A stretch of 45,253 nt of DNA from a virus: positions 1 to 45,253 of the IMG/VR virus record IMGVR_UViG_3300038466_000102; one strand, written 5' to 3'. Below are positions 1-9,013 of this stretch, piece after piece (positions within the stretch are counted from its first letter, which is position 1; the number at the start of each line of letters is the position of its first letter). The position numbers were made by a program, and so were the translations under genes. Under the pieces are notes generated by a model. It was not told where the DNA came from. It saw only the letters and a program-made list of their open reading frames with translations, and ran no database searches.

Positions 1-99
1 TAATGATTGGACTTTGTGTACTGTAACTATAACTACATTAGCCACGACTAAGTTTCTTTTAATTGAATTAAATAATTCTGTCGCTGGCAATATCTCAGA
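1..99. repeat. Terminal overlap, left copy (identical to 45155-45253)
   Basis: Base-by-base comparison of both window ends gives 99/99 identity that ends exactly at the window edges. Unique length is 45154 bp. Confidence 0.97.
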
Positions 100-2074
100 T
101 GCTTGGTTTGACATCAACTCTATGACTTTAGAAGAAGTAGTAACCGACACAACTTTCACAGGCAAAGTAGCTGAAAAAGTAAGACCAGTCCTACAGGCAG
201 TAACTTCAACGGATAATATTGACCAAAGTTTAGACACAGGCGGGGCGTATGCGAATACCTATGCTTTGACGGCTGCAGTAGATGAAGGAGCAACTCACAA
301 ACAGACTTTTACTCCGACTAAGAAATATACGACACAAATAGCAATTTGGCCTATTGATAATGGTACAGGTGATTGGAGTTTAATTGTTCATACTGCGGCA
401 AATTATCAGGTAGCAAAATATACAATTGTAAACGCAAGTGTAACCGAAGGGGCTTTTTTATATTTTGATGTTCCTAATATTTGGGCTTCGGGAGCATTGC
501 ATTTTCATGTAATATCAACTGTCGCTGATGGAACACTAAAAGCCAATACTTCTAATGATTTGGAAACTGCTTCGTATATTCAAAGATACGCCAAGAGGAC
601 AGAAGATTTTACTCTTATTTGTAACGGAGTAAAAACCCAACTAAAAACAGACAAAGACGGGTTAATGCCAAACTCAGTTATTGATTTAGACAATGGTAAA
701 TATTGGTATGATAGCGGTTCTTTATATGTTGCAGCTAATGCTTTACCATTCTGTAATAGTGCTTTTAGTGCGACTGGTGGAGGGAATGAAACTAATGTTG
801 GAATGATACTTTATGGAGTAAATGGTTGGGGTATTTCAACAAGTAATGCTTGTGTAACTGGAGGTGGAAGTAATTGTGCTATTATTTTTAAGGTAAACAC
901 GATATTGCCTGCTAAAAAGATAACTTTTACTTATGGTGTAAAAGCTACAAATAGCTTTGAAGCATTTACTGTTTATTACAGTTTTGACAATGTAACTTAT
1001 ACCCAAGCAGATGTAGGGGTAAATTTGGGAACTGGTATGGTAAAACGTAAGTTTGTAATAGACAATCCTAACACGAACATAATTTACTTAAAAATGGATA
1101 ATCAAAGTCTTGGAAGTAATAAATATTTGTCAATTGGGCAGATACACATTGATGCTGACCTGGATACTTCAAAAATACCATCAGGATTATTCTATCCTCT
1201 CTCAACCAATCAATTTACCGAAACAGTAAAACTTCCAGCAGTTGCCACCAGAGTTTATTTCCAGTCGGCTAAATATACTAATGAATATGGAGTAGTCGTG
1301 CCTGCTTTGGAATTTACAGATGGTTCTGGGGTATTGATTGGCTATACCCCGTTAAAATTAGATAATTCTCAAGAGACCAACCCTTGCGTGTCTATTCTTT
1401 CAACAACCACAAACTACCAGCAATCAGGCACAGGCTCGGCGGTAACAGGAGGATATGTTCTTAACTCTGGTGAGTATATAACTTTTACAGGCACAGTTGC
1501 CGAGATTAAGATAGATTATCAGGTAGGCGGTGGGACTACGGCGATTGCCGCTATTACCAAAAATACTCTATTCTTATCCTCTAATGGCGAAAGTGCCGAC
1601 AGCACCCAAGACCCCAGCCACCAGATGAACGCCATTGTCGGAGTACGGCAGCAGGGGCTTCTGAGTCGTGTTGGTGATTTGGGAGAGGAAATTGCCAAGG
1701 TGAGAGATGGCGTGGTTAAGTCCTCTCTTTGGACAGAGTGGATACCCACCCTGACTTGGACAACTGGCACGCCGGAGGGCAGCGTGGTAACCAAGGCAAG
1801 GTATAAAATCGTTGACGGGGTTTGTTCTTTCACTTTCTATTATTCGGCGACTGACGCTAATGCGGCAACCGCTTTGACCATTTCCCTGCCGGTTCTGCCA
1901 AAAGACAATGATAGCCTGACGGCTTTACAAGCACAGGAGTTGGCCGATACGACTTGGAGTAATCCCAACGCCTATATTGACGACGGAGGAACGACAATCG
2001 TGTTTAGAAGTTTCTCTACGATAGCCGATACCAAGGCGGTTAAAGTTTTAGTTAGCGGAAGCTATGAAGTATAA
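2..2074 (+). CDS. Tail fibre / receptor-binding protein, 3' part (5' part is 44679-45253; joined product 849 aa)
   Basis: Track ORF 14..2074 stays open back to base 2. It is in the same frame as the open frame 44679-45253 once 45155 is equated with 1. It follows virion genes. Confidence 0.75.
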   Translation, partial: NDWTLCTVTITTLATTKFLLIELNNSVAGNISDAWFDINSMTLEEVVTDTTFTGKVAEKVRPVLQAVTSTDNIDQSLDTGGAYANTYALTAAVDEGATHKQTFTPTKKYTTQIAIWPIDNGTGDWSLIVHTAANYQVAKYTIVNASVTEGAFLYFDVPNIWASGALHFHVISTVADGTLKANTSNDLETASYIQRYAKRTEDFTLICNGVKTQLKTDKDGLMPNSVIDLDNGKYWYDSGSLYVAANALPFCNSAFSATGGGNETNVGMILYGVNGWGISTSNACVTGGGSNCAIIFKVNTILPAKKITFTYGVKATNSFEAFTVYYSFDNVTYTQADVGVNLGTGMVKRKFVIDNPNTNIIYLKMDNQSLGSNKYLSIGQIHIDADLDTSKIPSGLFYPLSTNQFTETVKLPAVATRVYFQSAKYTNEYGVVVPALEFTDGSGVLIGYTPLKLDNSQETNPCVSILSTTTNYQQSGTGSAVTGGYVLNSGEYITFTGTVAEIKIDYQVGGGTTAIAAITKNTLFLSSNGESADSTQDPSHQMNAIVGVRQQGLLSRVGDLGEEIAKVRDGVVKSSLWTEWIPTLTWTTGTPEGSVVTKARYKIVDGVCSFTFYYSATDANAATALTISLPVLPKDNDSLTALQAQELADTTWSNPNAYIDDGGTTIVFRSFSTIADTKAVKVLVSGSYEV

Positions 2075-2099
2075 ATATGGAAGAAGGTGAATAAATTTT

Positions 2100-2270
2100 A
2101 TGTCAGATAAACCAAGGGAAATTTTAGTTGAAGTTGAGGGGGCCGATCAGGATAAAGCTTTAGCCGAGGCGGAGAAGTTAGCCAAGAAGAAGGGTTATGG
2201 CCGGGCTAGTTTGAAGAATATCGTCAAGATAACCTATGAGGCAATGCTTTTTGAACCGATTGAAAAGTAG
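2100..2270 (+). CDS. Hypothetical small protein (56 aa)
   Basis: Hand-translated ATG..TAG with no internal stop; GAAGGTG lies about 10 nt upstream. It is below the track length cutoff. Confidence 0.45.
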   Translation: MSDKPREILVEVEGADQDKALAEAEKLAKKKGYGRASLKNIVKITYEAMLFEPIEK

Positions 2271-2278
2271 ATTGCCTA

Positions 2279-2307
2279 TTGACAGGTATTTAACGATTTG
2301 ATAATAT
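2279..2307 (+). promoter_or_regulatory. Sigma70-like promoter (TTGACA-17 nt-TAATAT)
   Basis: TTGACA at 2279-2284, a 17-nt spacer, TAATAT at 2302-2307, in an intergenic position. Confidence 0.6.
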
Positions 2308-2329
2308 GATTGTTAGAGGTCATAAACCC

Positions 2330-2551
2330 ATGCCAAAACCTTCTCTTAAACTCCAACAATTTCAAGACGAATTAAACAAACTTTGTGATCGCTATTTGTA
2401 CCGGTTAGTGCCTAAATTATCTTATACCGATAAAGGGATATTGCCCATTGTGGTGGTTTCCGACGTGATTCCCCCGGTAATACCTCCTCCTTTGGCCCCG
2501 ATTGTTCCTCAAGTTACTAAAATTAAAAAGGCTTCCCAGCCAGTTAAATAA
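2330..2551 (+). CDS. Hypothetical protein (73 aa) with Pro-rich C-terminus
   Basis: Track ORF 2306..2551, but its ATG at 2306 lies inside the -10 hexamer. The in-frame ATG at 2330 has GAGG about 10 nt upstream. Confidence 0.6.
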   Translation: MPKPSLKLQQFQDELNKLCDRYLYRLVPKLSYTDKGILPIVVVSDVIPPVIPPPLAPIVPQVTKIKKASQPVK

Positions 2552-2559
2552 GGAGAATT

Positions 2560-3285
2560 ATGGATATTTCCTCTCAGCACGACATTATCACGATCAAAAA
2601 TATTACCGGAAAAGATTTTACTTTTGCTTATGCTAAAGCCGAGGGTGGCCGGGCTTATACCATTCCTAACGGCGCTACCATGATGTTTCCGCGCTTCCTG
2701 GCGGCCCATGCGGTCAAGCACATGATTGATCAGGTTTTAAATGATACCAAGCAGAAGACTAACAACGAAGTCAAACGGATTGAATTAGCTGAGAAAATTA
2801 TCGTTAATGAGGAAACTTACTGTCAGGAGCCGACACCAAGCCAGGCTGATTTGTTAAATAAGCAGGTGGAAGAGCTTAATAAACCGACTGACTTGGATAA
2901 TATTTTAAAGAAACAGGCGATTACTCCGGCCGTACCAGTGGCAGTCGGAACCCAGCCAGATATGCAGCCGGTAGACCAGCCGGTCTTACCGCCTCAGCCG
3001 GCGCCAGAAACTCCGGCCCCGCCGGCAATCAAGAAAGAGCCGAAGGCGGAGAAATTTGCCGGTCTTAAAGCCCAAGCTAAACTAAATGAGGCAGTTGATG
3101 ATCAGGTTAAACAGGAAAAAGAGGCCAACAAGCCGCCTTTGACTAAAGAGATTTTAAAGAACTTTGCCGTCAATACTTTGAAACTCAATGTTGACGAGGA
3201 CCCTAAATTGACTAAAGCCTTTGAAACTCTGCCGGTAGACAAACTGGCGGAGCTATTAAAATATAATGAACAACAGGAGGAATAA
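2560..3285 (+). CDS. Hypothetical virion-module protein with Pro/Lys/Glu-rich low-complexity half
   Basis: Track ORF; AAGGAG directly upstream of the ATG. Confidence 0.75.
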   Translation: MDISSQHDIITIKNITGKDFTFAYAKAEGGRAYTIPNGATMMFPRFLAAHAVKHMIDQVLNDTKQKTNNEVKRIELAEKIIVNEETYCQEPTPSQADLLNKQVEELNKPTDLDNILKKQAITPAVPVAVGTQPDMQPVDQPVLPPQPAPETPAPPAIKKEPKAEKFAGLKAQAKLNEAVDDQVKQEKEANKPPLTKEILKNFAVNTLKLNVDEDPKLTKAFETLPVDKLAELLKYNEQQEE

Positions 3286-4190
3286 TGCCAGAACCAACAT
3301 TTATTCTTGAAGATATACTTATAAAAGAACCTGGAGACATAACTGATCCAAATGAGAAGAAGTTTTTGCAGGAGCATAAGGCTGATCTTTCACCCGATGA
3401 ACAGACTTATTACGCTTCTGTTTTGGAACTGGCACCAGCCCCAGTCGCACCCGGAACACCTGCTACAGGCGATCCGAGTACTGAATTCATGCCTAAATTC
3501 AAGGATGAGGCGGAGTTTAATGCTTTTATTGATAAACGGGTAGAAGAAAAGGCGAAAGCCTTGGCAGCAAAACCAGTTGCAACTCCTCCCGGCGAACCGG
3601 GCGAAGGCGAGTCCGGCGATCTGTTGAAAGATTTAGGGGTTGATCTTAACTTTAAGTTTGAGAAAGATCCGGCTAACTGGAGCGAGTTTGCCAAACAATA
3701 TACTACACAGGTCTTTCCTCAGTTTGTTGAGGCTTTGGGCAAGTTAAACGAAAAACAGCGCCAGGCCATGATCTCTAAAATTGAGGCGATCAACCAGCGG
3801 TTTGATGATGAGATTGCTGAGATTAGAACTAAAAACCCGGATATTCCTAAAAAGGATACCAAGGAAGGGAAAGAGTTTGAAAAGGCTTTAGCCAAAGTCG
3901 CTCAGAAATTTAAGGGAGTGACTTCAATGCATGAAGCGTTTGAAATTTACCAAGTCATTCCTCCTAAACCAGAGGCTGAACCTCCGGTCGCGCCGCCGGT
4001 TACTCCTCCGGGGCAGCGGCCGGCAACTTTTAATCCTTTTACTCGCAAGAAAGCTTTGGCAACGAATGTTCCCGGCAGCGGTCATCCGGCTACTCCCGGC
4101 CAGCAGCCTAAAAAGTATGCGGACACTGCCGGCAAGAGCATGGATGATATTTTTTCCGAGGCAACTGCGGAATTGGAAAAACCCGAATAG
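3285..4190 (+). CDS. Hypothetical virion-module protein with Pro-rich linkers
   Basis: Track ORF; GGAGGA upstream; the start overlaps the previous stop (TAATG). Confidence 0.75.
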   Translation: MPEPTFILEDILIKEPGDITDPNEKKFLQEHKADLSPDEQTYYASVLELAPAPVAPGTPATGDPSTEFMPKFKDEAEFNAFIDKRVEEKAKALAAKPVATPPGEPGEGESGDLLKDLGVDLNFKFEKDPANWSEFAKQYTTQVFPQFVEALGKLNEKQRQAMISKIEAINQRFDDEIAEIRTKNPDIPKKDTKEGKEFEKALAKVAQKFKGVTSMHEAFEIYQVIPPKPEAEPPVAPPVTPPGQRPATFNPFTRKKALATNVPGSGHPATPGQQPKKYADTAGKSMDDIFSEATAELEKPE

Positions 4191-4205
4191 GCCATTTAAC
4201 TTTTG

Positions 4206-4214
4206 TGCTATAAT
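4206..4214 (+). promoter_or_regulatory. Extended -10-like element TGcTATAAT, 9 nt before ATG 4224
   Basis: Read directly in the 4191-4223 gap; there is no SD before ATG 4224. Confidence 0.4.
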
Positions 4215-4223
4215 TAAGTCACT

Positions 4224-5132
4224 ATGATGACTAATCAGGAACAATATGAGTTGGCCCAAGGGTTGGCTTCAGACATTGATACTACTAATTTAACTTTACT
4301 CCAGGGGTTGATCAGCCGGGGCAATCGCAAGTTTGCCAAAGTCTGCGGTTATTATCCTAAGGAGACTTTTACTTTTACCACTTACACCGATGCCATCTCC
4401 GGCACTTCTTATTTGGCCTACCGGCTGCCGATTGACTTCTATAAATTCTCTGAGCTTTATGTCACTTCCGGTTCCAACCAGTATTGGGCCACTTTGGTTC
4501 AGGACGACCAGCGCTGGCGGGTAATGCAGTCGGCCAGTTTCAGCAGCAATGTCTTGACTGATGTATTTATCCGGCGCGACCGGATGGAGCTTTATCCGAT
4601 CCCTTCCTCGGCCCTGACCGCCACTTTTCGTTATCGGGCTTTACCGCCCCGGATGTACGCGGCTGATTATGCTACCGGAACGATTACTACTTTAACCAAC
4701 GGCAGTACGGCCGTGGTTGCCGCCAGTTCTACTTTTACTTCAGCGATGGCCGGCCGGTGGTTTAAGATTACCAACGATGGCCAGTGGTATAAAATCGCCT
4801 CGGTCACGGATACGACTCATTTGGTGTTGGAGAATGAATATCAGGGCTTGTCTATTGCTGCCGGTACCGATGCCTACAAAATCGGCCAGATTGCCAATTT
4901 ACCGCCGGAGACGCATGATATTCCGGTAGAGTTTGCTTTATGGCAGTTTGAATTAATGCGGAAAAATATCACTTTAGCCAGGGAGCATAAAGCTCAATGG
5001 CTGGAAGGAATTAAAGATGTGGCCGGCGACGTGGCCAATTTAAGCGATAATGCCGTCATTGACGACACCAAGGCTAAACTACGGGCTTTCCGGGGAATTA
5101 ATCCTAATTATTATCCAACCGGTATGAGTTAA
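4224..5132 (+). CDS. Hypothetical structural protein (tail/adaptor module)
   Basis: Track ORF, 302 aa; the call rests on position between virion genes only. Confidence 0.7.
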   Translation: MMTNQEQYELAQGLASDIDTTNLTLLQGLISRGNRKFAKVCGYYPKETFTFTTYTDAISGTSYLAYRLPIDFYKFSELYVTSGSNQYWATLVQDDQRWRVMQSASFSSNVLTDVFIRRDRMELYPIPSSALTATFRYRALPPRMYAADYATGTITTLTNGSTAVVAASSTFTSAMAGRWFKITNDGQWYKIASVTDTTHLVLENEYQGLSIAAGTDAYKIGQIANLPPETHDIPVEFALWQFELMRKNITLAREHKAQWLEGIKDVAGDVANLSDNAVIDDTKAKLRAFRGINPNYYPTGMS

Positions 5133-5137
5133 TATGT

Positions 5138-8100
5138 ATGTCCAGAACGACTTTAGAAATCAAACGCTACGCCGGTTTATCTGACTCTGACAAAGAGGGG
5201 ATCAAATCGTCTTACCGGTGGGCAGAATGCCTTGACTACCGGACTGACCCGACTAAACTGACGCTTTTACCCAGAACAGTTAAGGAGTCAGGCAGTGTAG
5301 TTTTAGGTTTGCCAATGGTGGGGGAGCGCTACTCAACTAATGCCTATGTTTACGACAATGCCGGCTATCTCTATAAACGAACTTCTGCCGGGGTGTGGAG
5401 CAATGAACACCAGGTGGGCGATTCGGCCGGCAATGGCCTTAAATATTACGGCGAGGATGATTATCTTTACTATCCCTCAAATAAAGTAATCGGCCGGTAC
5501 GGTCCCATGGCCAGTACACCTACCTGGGTGGATGACTGGTTGGGGTCAGAGGGCGGCGTACCGCTTAACACCAATTCCCTTGACCTAGAGGCTTCCAGTT
5601 CACAATATGGTTCCATTGCCGACAATGCGGCTTTATCTATTATTGCGGATATTTCTTTAGAGACTTGCATTAAACCTGAGTCTTTGCCAGCTGATGGAGC
5701 GGAGATGGCCCTGATGGCTAAATGGGATGAATCCGGCACCTTGCGGTCTTACTGGTTTGGCTTAGGCACGGTGTCGGCTTTCCTGGGGTCCGGGGGTGAC
5801 GGTGCTTTAACTATTTCGGCTGATACTACTCAGGCGCCGACAGACTCGGCGGCGGCCGGCACGATCGCCACTAAGGCTTTAACAGCCACTAATGCTTCCT
5901 TTGCCGTCGGGCAAAAGGTTTTAATCATTCAGATGCGCGGCACCAATGCCGGGACTAAACAGATCAACGAGATTGATGCCTACACTGCCGGCACGATTAC
6001 TTTGGTTGACGCTCTTAATGCCAACTATAACTCCACCGGGGACAATAAGGCTCAGGTGATAGTCTTGCCTCAATATACCAATGTCACAGTTAACAGCGGT
6101 AAAACCTGGTCGGCTAAGGCTTGGAATGGCACGGTAGGCGGCGTCTTGGCATTTCTGGCTACCGGAACCGTCAGTATTGCCGGTGCCGTTAATCTTTCCG
6201 GTAAGGGTTTCTCTCAAATGGCTGCCGCAACTGATGGGGCCGGATTAACTGGTTATCAAGGGGAAGGTATCGCCGGAGCCAGTGATACTAAATCATCCGC
6301 GCCTAACGGCAATGGCGGGGGAGGGGGAGAAGGTTATGCTGTCGGGTCCTCTGCCGGCGGCGGAGGCGGGGGCAATGGAACGACCGGGACCAATGGTAAC
6401 AATGGCAGCGGCGGCAAGGTTGGAGGAACCGGTGGAAATATAGCCAGTACTTCTGACTTAACGACTATTTGTATGGGGGGAGAGGGAGGCGAGGGAGGTC
6501 AACGGTTATTCCATGGCGGCGGAGGCGGAGACGGCGGCGCCATCGGCTATATTATGTGCAATACTTTTACTTTAACCGGTTCAATTAATCTTAATGGCGC
6601 CGTCGGAGGTGATTCCGGTAACAATGATTCGGCCGGCGGCGGGGGAGGAGCCGGAGGTTCACTTTTAATCCAAGGTGATGTGATTACTTTAGGGACTGGT
6701 TTGATAACTGCTTCTGGCGGGGCCGGAGGGGCAGGTTATGGCGGCGGAGCTAATGGCGGGGCCGGCGGCAGTGGGGTGATTCACATTGACTACATTACTT
6801 CTTATACCGGTACCACTACTCCGACATTTTCCTATATCCAAGATCCTTCTTTATCTACTTCCAGCGGTTACTGTCTTAAACTAAAGATTTCCAATGACGG
6901 TACTGCTTATGAGTCTTATTACCGGACGGTTAGTATTGCGGCTGGTGATTGGCACCGGGTGGGGGTAGGTTGGGATGCTTCGGAGAGTACGGCTTTTTTC
7001 TATCTTGATGGCGTTTTCCAGGGAACAGCGACCGGGGCAATGACGGCAATCCATAATAATGCTTCGGCTTTCTATATTGGAACCAGCAAAGGGGCGGCGG
7101 CCGTAGAGAAGTTTTACGATGGATTGATTGATGACAGCCGAGTCTTTAACGACCTGCGGACTGCCGGAGAGATGCTGACTTACAAAGATAGGGAACTGGC
7201 CGGATCGGAAGCTAATTTAATTGCCTATTATGAGTTTGACGCTGCGGCGACTGATACTGCCGGGGCCAATGATCTGACTTTATCCGGATCACCGTCTTAC
7301 TCTACTGATGTGCCGTTTAGCTCGCCGACATCCAGAAACGATTTGGATAAATCTTTAGACACTACCGGCAATACTTACACTGTGCCGGTGGCAATTGTGG
7401 AAAGCAGCGCAAACAAACAGGAATTTGTCCCGGCTAAAGATCCGCAGAAATCCATTGAAGTGTTAATTGCCGCCATCGGCTCAGGCAACTGGACTTTAAC
7501 TGTCCATGACGCCCTTAATCGGACGATTGCTTCTAAAACTGTCACGGCGGCCAATCTTAATGTGGGGGATTTTGAGTTTGTCTTTGCTTCTGTCTGGCGA
7601 CCGGTTCTGGGGGCAACTTACCATTTCCACCTGACTTCTACTGTGGCTAACGGCACGGTGACGACTACTTCGGTTTCGGACCTTAACACGGTGGATTACC
7701 ATAGTTATTATCAATTTTTAGTGGAGGATGCCTATCATCCGGAGGAGCGGATTTTAGAGAAATTGGCTATCGGCAATGAACGCTATCTGGCGACTTGGAA
7801 TGGCGTCACCTATAATCCTCATACGCTTACCTTGCCTTCAGGCTACCGGATTCGCTGCTTGGGCCTGTGGCGCGGCTATCTGGCAGTCGGGACCACCAGG
7901 GGGGCTAATATTACCGATGAGGACCAGGGGATGATCTTTTTATGGGATGGCCGCTCTACTACCTACAATGATTATATTCCTGTGCCTCAGGGCGGCGTCA
8001 ATGCTATTCTTTCCGGCGATCCGCTCTACTTTGTGGCCGGCTATAGCGGTGATTTACTGTCCTATGCCGGCGGCGGTGTCAGACAAGTTAAGCGGATTCC

Positions 8101-8740
8101 TAAGATGGTTAGCGGCGACACTTTGGAGGTTTACCCCGGCTCAATGACTACCTGGCAGTCTTTAATCCATGTGGGAGTGGCCGGTCCCTGCAGTTCGTCT
8201 GCTGTCAAGCGCGGCGTTTATTCCTATGGCACCATTTCTCCCCGGATTGAAGAATCTATGAGCTTTGATTATAAAACCTCTTTAGGGATTATGGCTGATA
8301 CTGCTCTTAAAGTCGGCATGGTGTTTCCAATCGGCAGCCATCTTTTAATCGGCTGGCAATACGGGGTTTCCTTTGGAGTGGATGTAGTTAAACCTACCAA
8401 TGCGCCATTTGCTTCCGGCCGGTATGAATCTTTAATTACTGACGTTAATAAAATTATTGCCCCGAAGCAAGCTAATTTTATGCGGGGTTACTTTAAGAAA
8501 CTTGTCAGCGGCGACACCGTCAGGTTAGAGTATAAGATTGACCGGGATGATAACTGGACTGAGGGAACGGCAGAATCTACCGCTAATGCCAAGGAAAGCC
8601 GCTTGCAGTTACCGACTAAAGGCAACCGCTTCAACGAATTGGAGATGGCGGTTAATTTAACTACGACTAATACTGCTTCGCCTAATTTTTACGGTTTTGG
8701 TCTGGAGCTGGACGATCTGGCTTCGGAGAAACGGACATAA
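5138..8740 (+). CDS. Large tail-associated protein with LamG (ConA-like lectin) signature and a glycine-rich repeat region
   Basis: Track ORF, 1200 aa. The segment ...GDWHRVGVGWDAS..FYLDG..FYIG..FYDGLIDDSRVFNDLRTAGEM matches the Laminin_G_3 pattern. About aa 380-560 are GGxGG-type repeats. Confidence 0.7.
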   Translation: MSRTTLEIKRYAGLSDSDKEGIKSSYRWAECLDYRTDPTKLTLLPRTVKESGSVVLGLPMVGERYSTNAYVYDNAGYLYKRTSAGVWSNEHQVGDSAGNGLKYYGEDDYLYYPSNKVIGRYGPMASTPTWVDDWLGSEGGVPLNTNSLDLEASSSQYGSIADNAALSIIADISLETCIKPESLPADGAEMALMAKWDESGTLRSYWFGLGTVSAFLGSGGDGALTISADTTQAPTDSAAAGTIATKALTATNASFAVGQKVLIIQMRGTNAGTKQINEIDAYTAGTITLVDALNANYNSTGDNKAQVIVLPQYTNVTVNSGKTWSAKAWNGTVGGVLAFLATGTVSIAGAVNLSGKGFSQMAAATDGAGLTGYQGEGIAGASDTKSSAPNGNGGGGGEGYAVGSSAGGGGGGNGTTGTNGNNGSGGKVGGTGGNIASTSDLTTICMGGEGGEGGQRLFHGGGGGDGGAIGYIMCNTFTLTGSINLNGAVGGDSGNNDSAGGGGGAGGSLLIQGDVITLGTGLITASGGAGGAGYGGGANGGAGGSGVIHIDYITSYTGTTTPTFSYIQDPSLSTSSGYCLKLKISNDGTAYESYYRTVSIAAGDWHRVGVGWDASESTAFFYLDGVFQGTATGAMTAIHNNASAFYIGTSKGAAAVEKFYDGLIDDSRVFNDLRTAGEMLTYKDRELAGSEANLIAYYEFDAAATDTAGANDLTLSGSPSYSTDVPFSSPTSRNDLDKSLDTTGNTYTVPVAIVESSANKQEFVPAKDPQKSIEVLIAAIGSGNWTLTVHDALNRTIASKTVTAANLNVGDFEFVFASVWRPVLGATYHFHLTSTVANGTVTTTSVSDLNTVDYHSYYQFLVEDAYHPEERILEKLAIGNERYLATWNGVTYNPHTLTLPSGYRIRCLGLWRGYLAVGTTRGANITDEDQGMIFLWDGRSTTYNDYIPVPQGGVNAILSGDPLYFVAGYSGDLLSYAGGGVRQVKRIPKMVSGDTLEVYPGSMTTWQSLIHVGVAGPCSSSAVKRGVYSYGTISPRIEESMSFDYKTSLGIMADTALKVGMVFPIGSHLLIGWQYGVSFGVDVVKPTNAPFASGRYESLITDVNKIIAPKQANFMRGYFKKLVSGDTVRLEYKIDRDDNWTEGTAESTANAKESRLQLPTKGNRFNELEMAVNLTTTNTASPNFYGFGLELDDLASEKRT

Positions 8741-8741
8741 T

Positions 8742-9002
8742 ATGATTGACTTTGAGACAGAAAGACAGATTAAAAACTTAATCCAAGAGGCTCTGGGAGA
8801 GATTAAAATTCGGGGAAGCAATATTGGCTTTGATGAAGTCAAGGCTATTCATATTGGTGACGGGGTAAGGATGATCAGGGCCGGTTTGGCGGCTAACCGA
8901 CCAACCAGCGGGGAAAAGGCCGGGGCTTGTTATTTTGCTACTGATTCTTTTGTTTTATCAGTTTGGACAGGGAGTGTCTGGAAAGATACAACCTTGGCAT
9001 GA
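8742..9002 (+). CDS. Small tail-fibre-like protein (86 aa)
   Basis: Track ORF 8697..9002. The internal ATG at 8742 follows the upstream stop by 1 nt; the earlier start would overlap the 1200-aa gene. Confidence 0.6.
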   Translation: MIDFETERQIKNLIQEALGEIKIRGSNIGFDEVKAIHIGDGVRMIRAGLAANRPTSGEKAGACYFATDSFVLSVWTGSVWKDTTLA

Positions 9003-9008
9003 TATAAT
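9000..9008 (+). promoter_or_regulatory. Extended -10-like element TGaTATAAT, 5 nt before ATG 9014
   Basis: No SD is present. The 19-mer ATGATATAATAAATTATGG (8999-9017) recurs at 36793-36811. Confidence 0.45.
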
Positions 9009-9013
9009 AAATT

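Noticed and set aside
1-99. Interpreting the 99-bp end identity as a biological direct terminal repeat
   Set aside because: The identity stops exactly at the contig ends and falls in the middle of a coding sequence that reads through the junction in frame. This is what an assembler k-mer overlap on a circular or permuted genome looks like. Real termini are more plausibly near 34.8-35.0 kb.
2306-2329. Track start codon at 2306 for ORF 2306..2551, and similar upstream starts at 39563, 40675, 8697, 25109, 26222 and 33212
   Set aside because: These upstream starts lie inside promoter hexamers or overlap the preceding gene extensively. In each case an internal ATG has an SD or a stop/start overlap typical of this genome.
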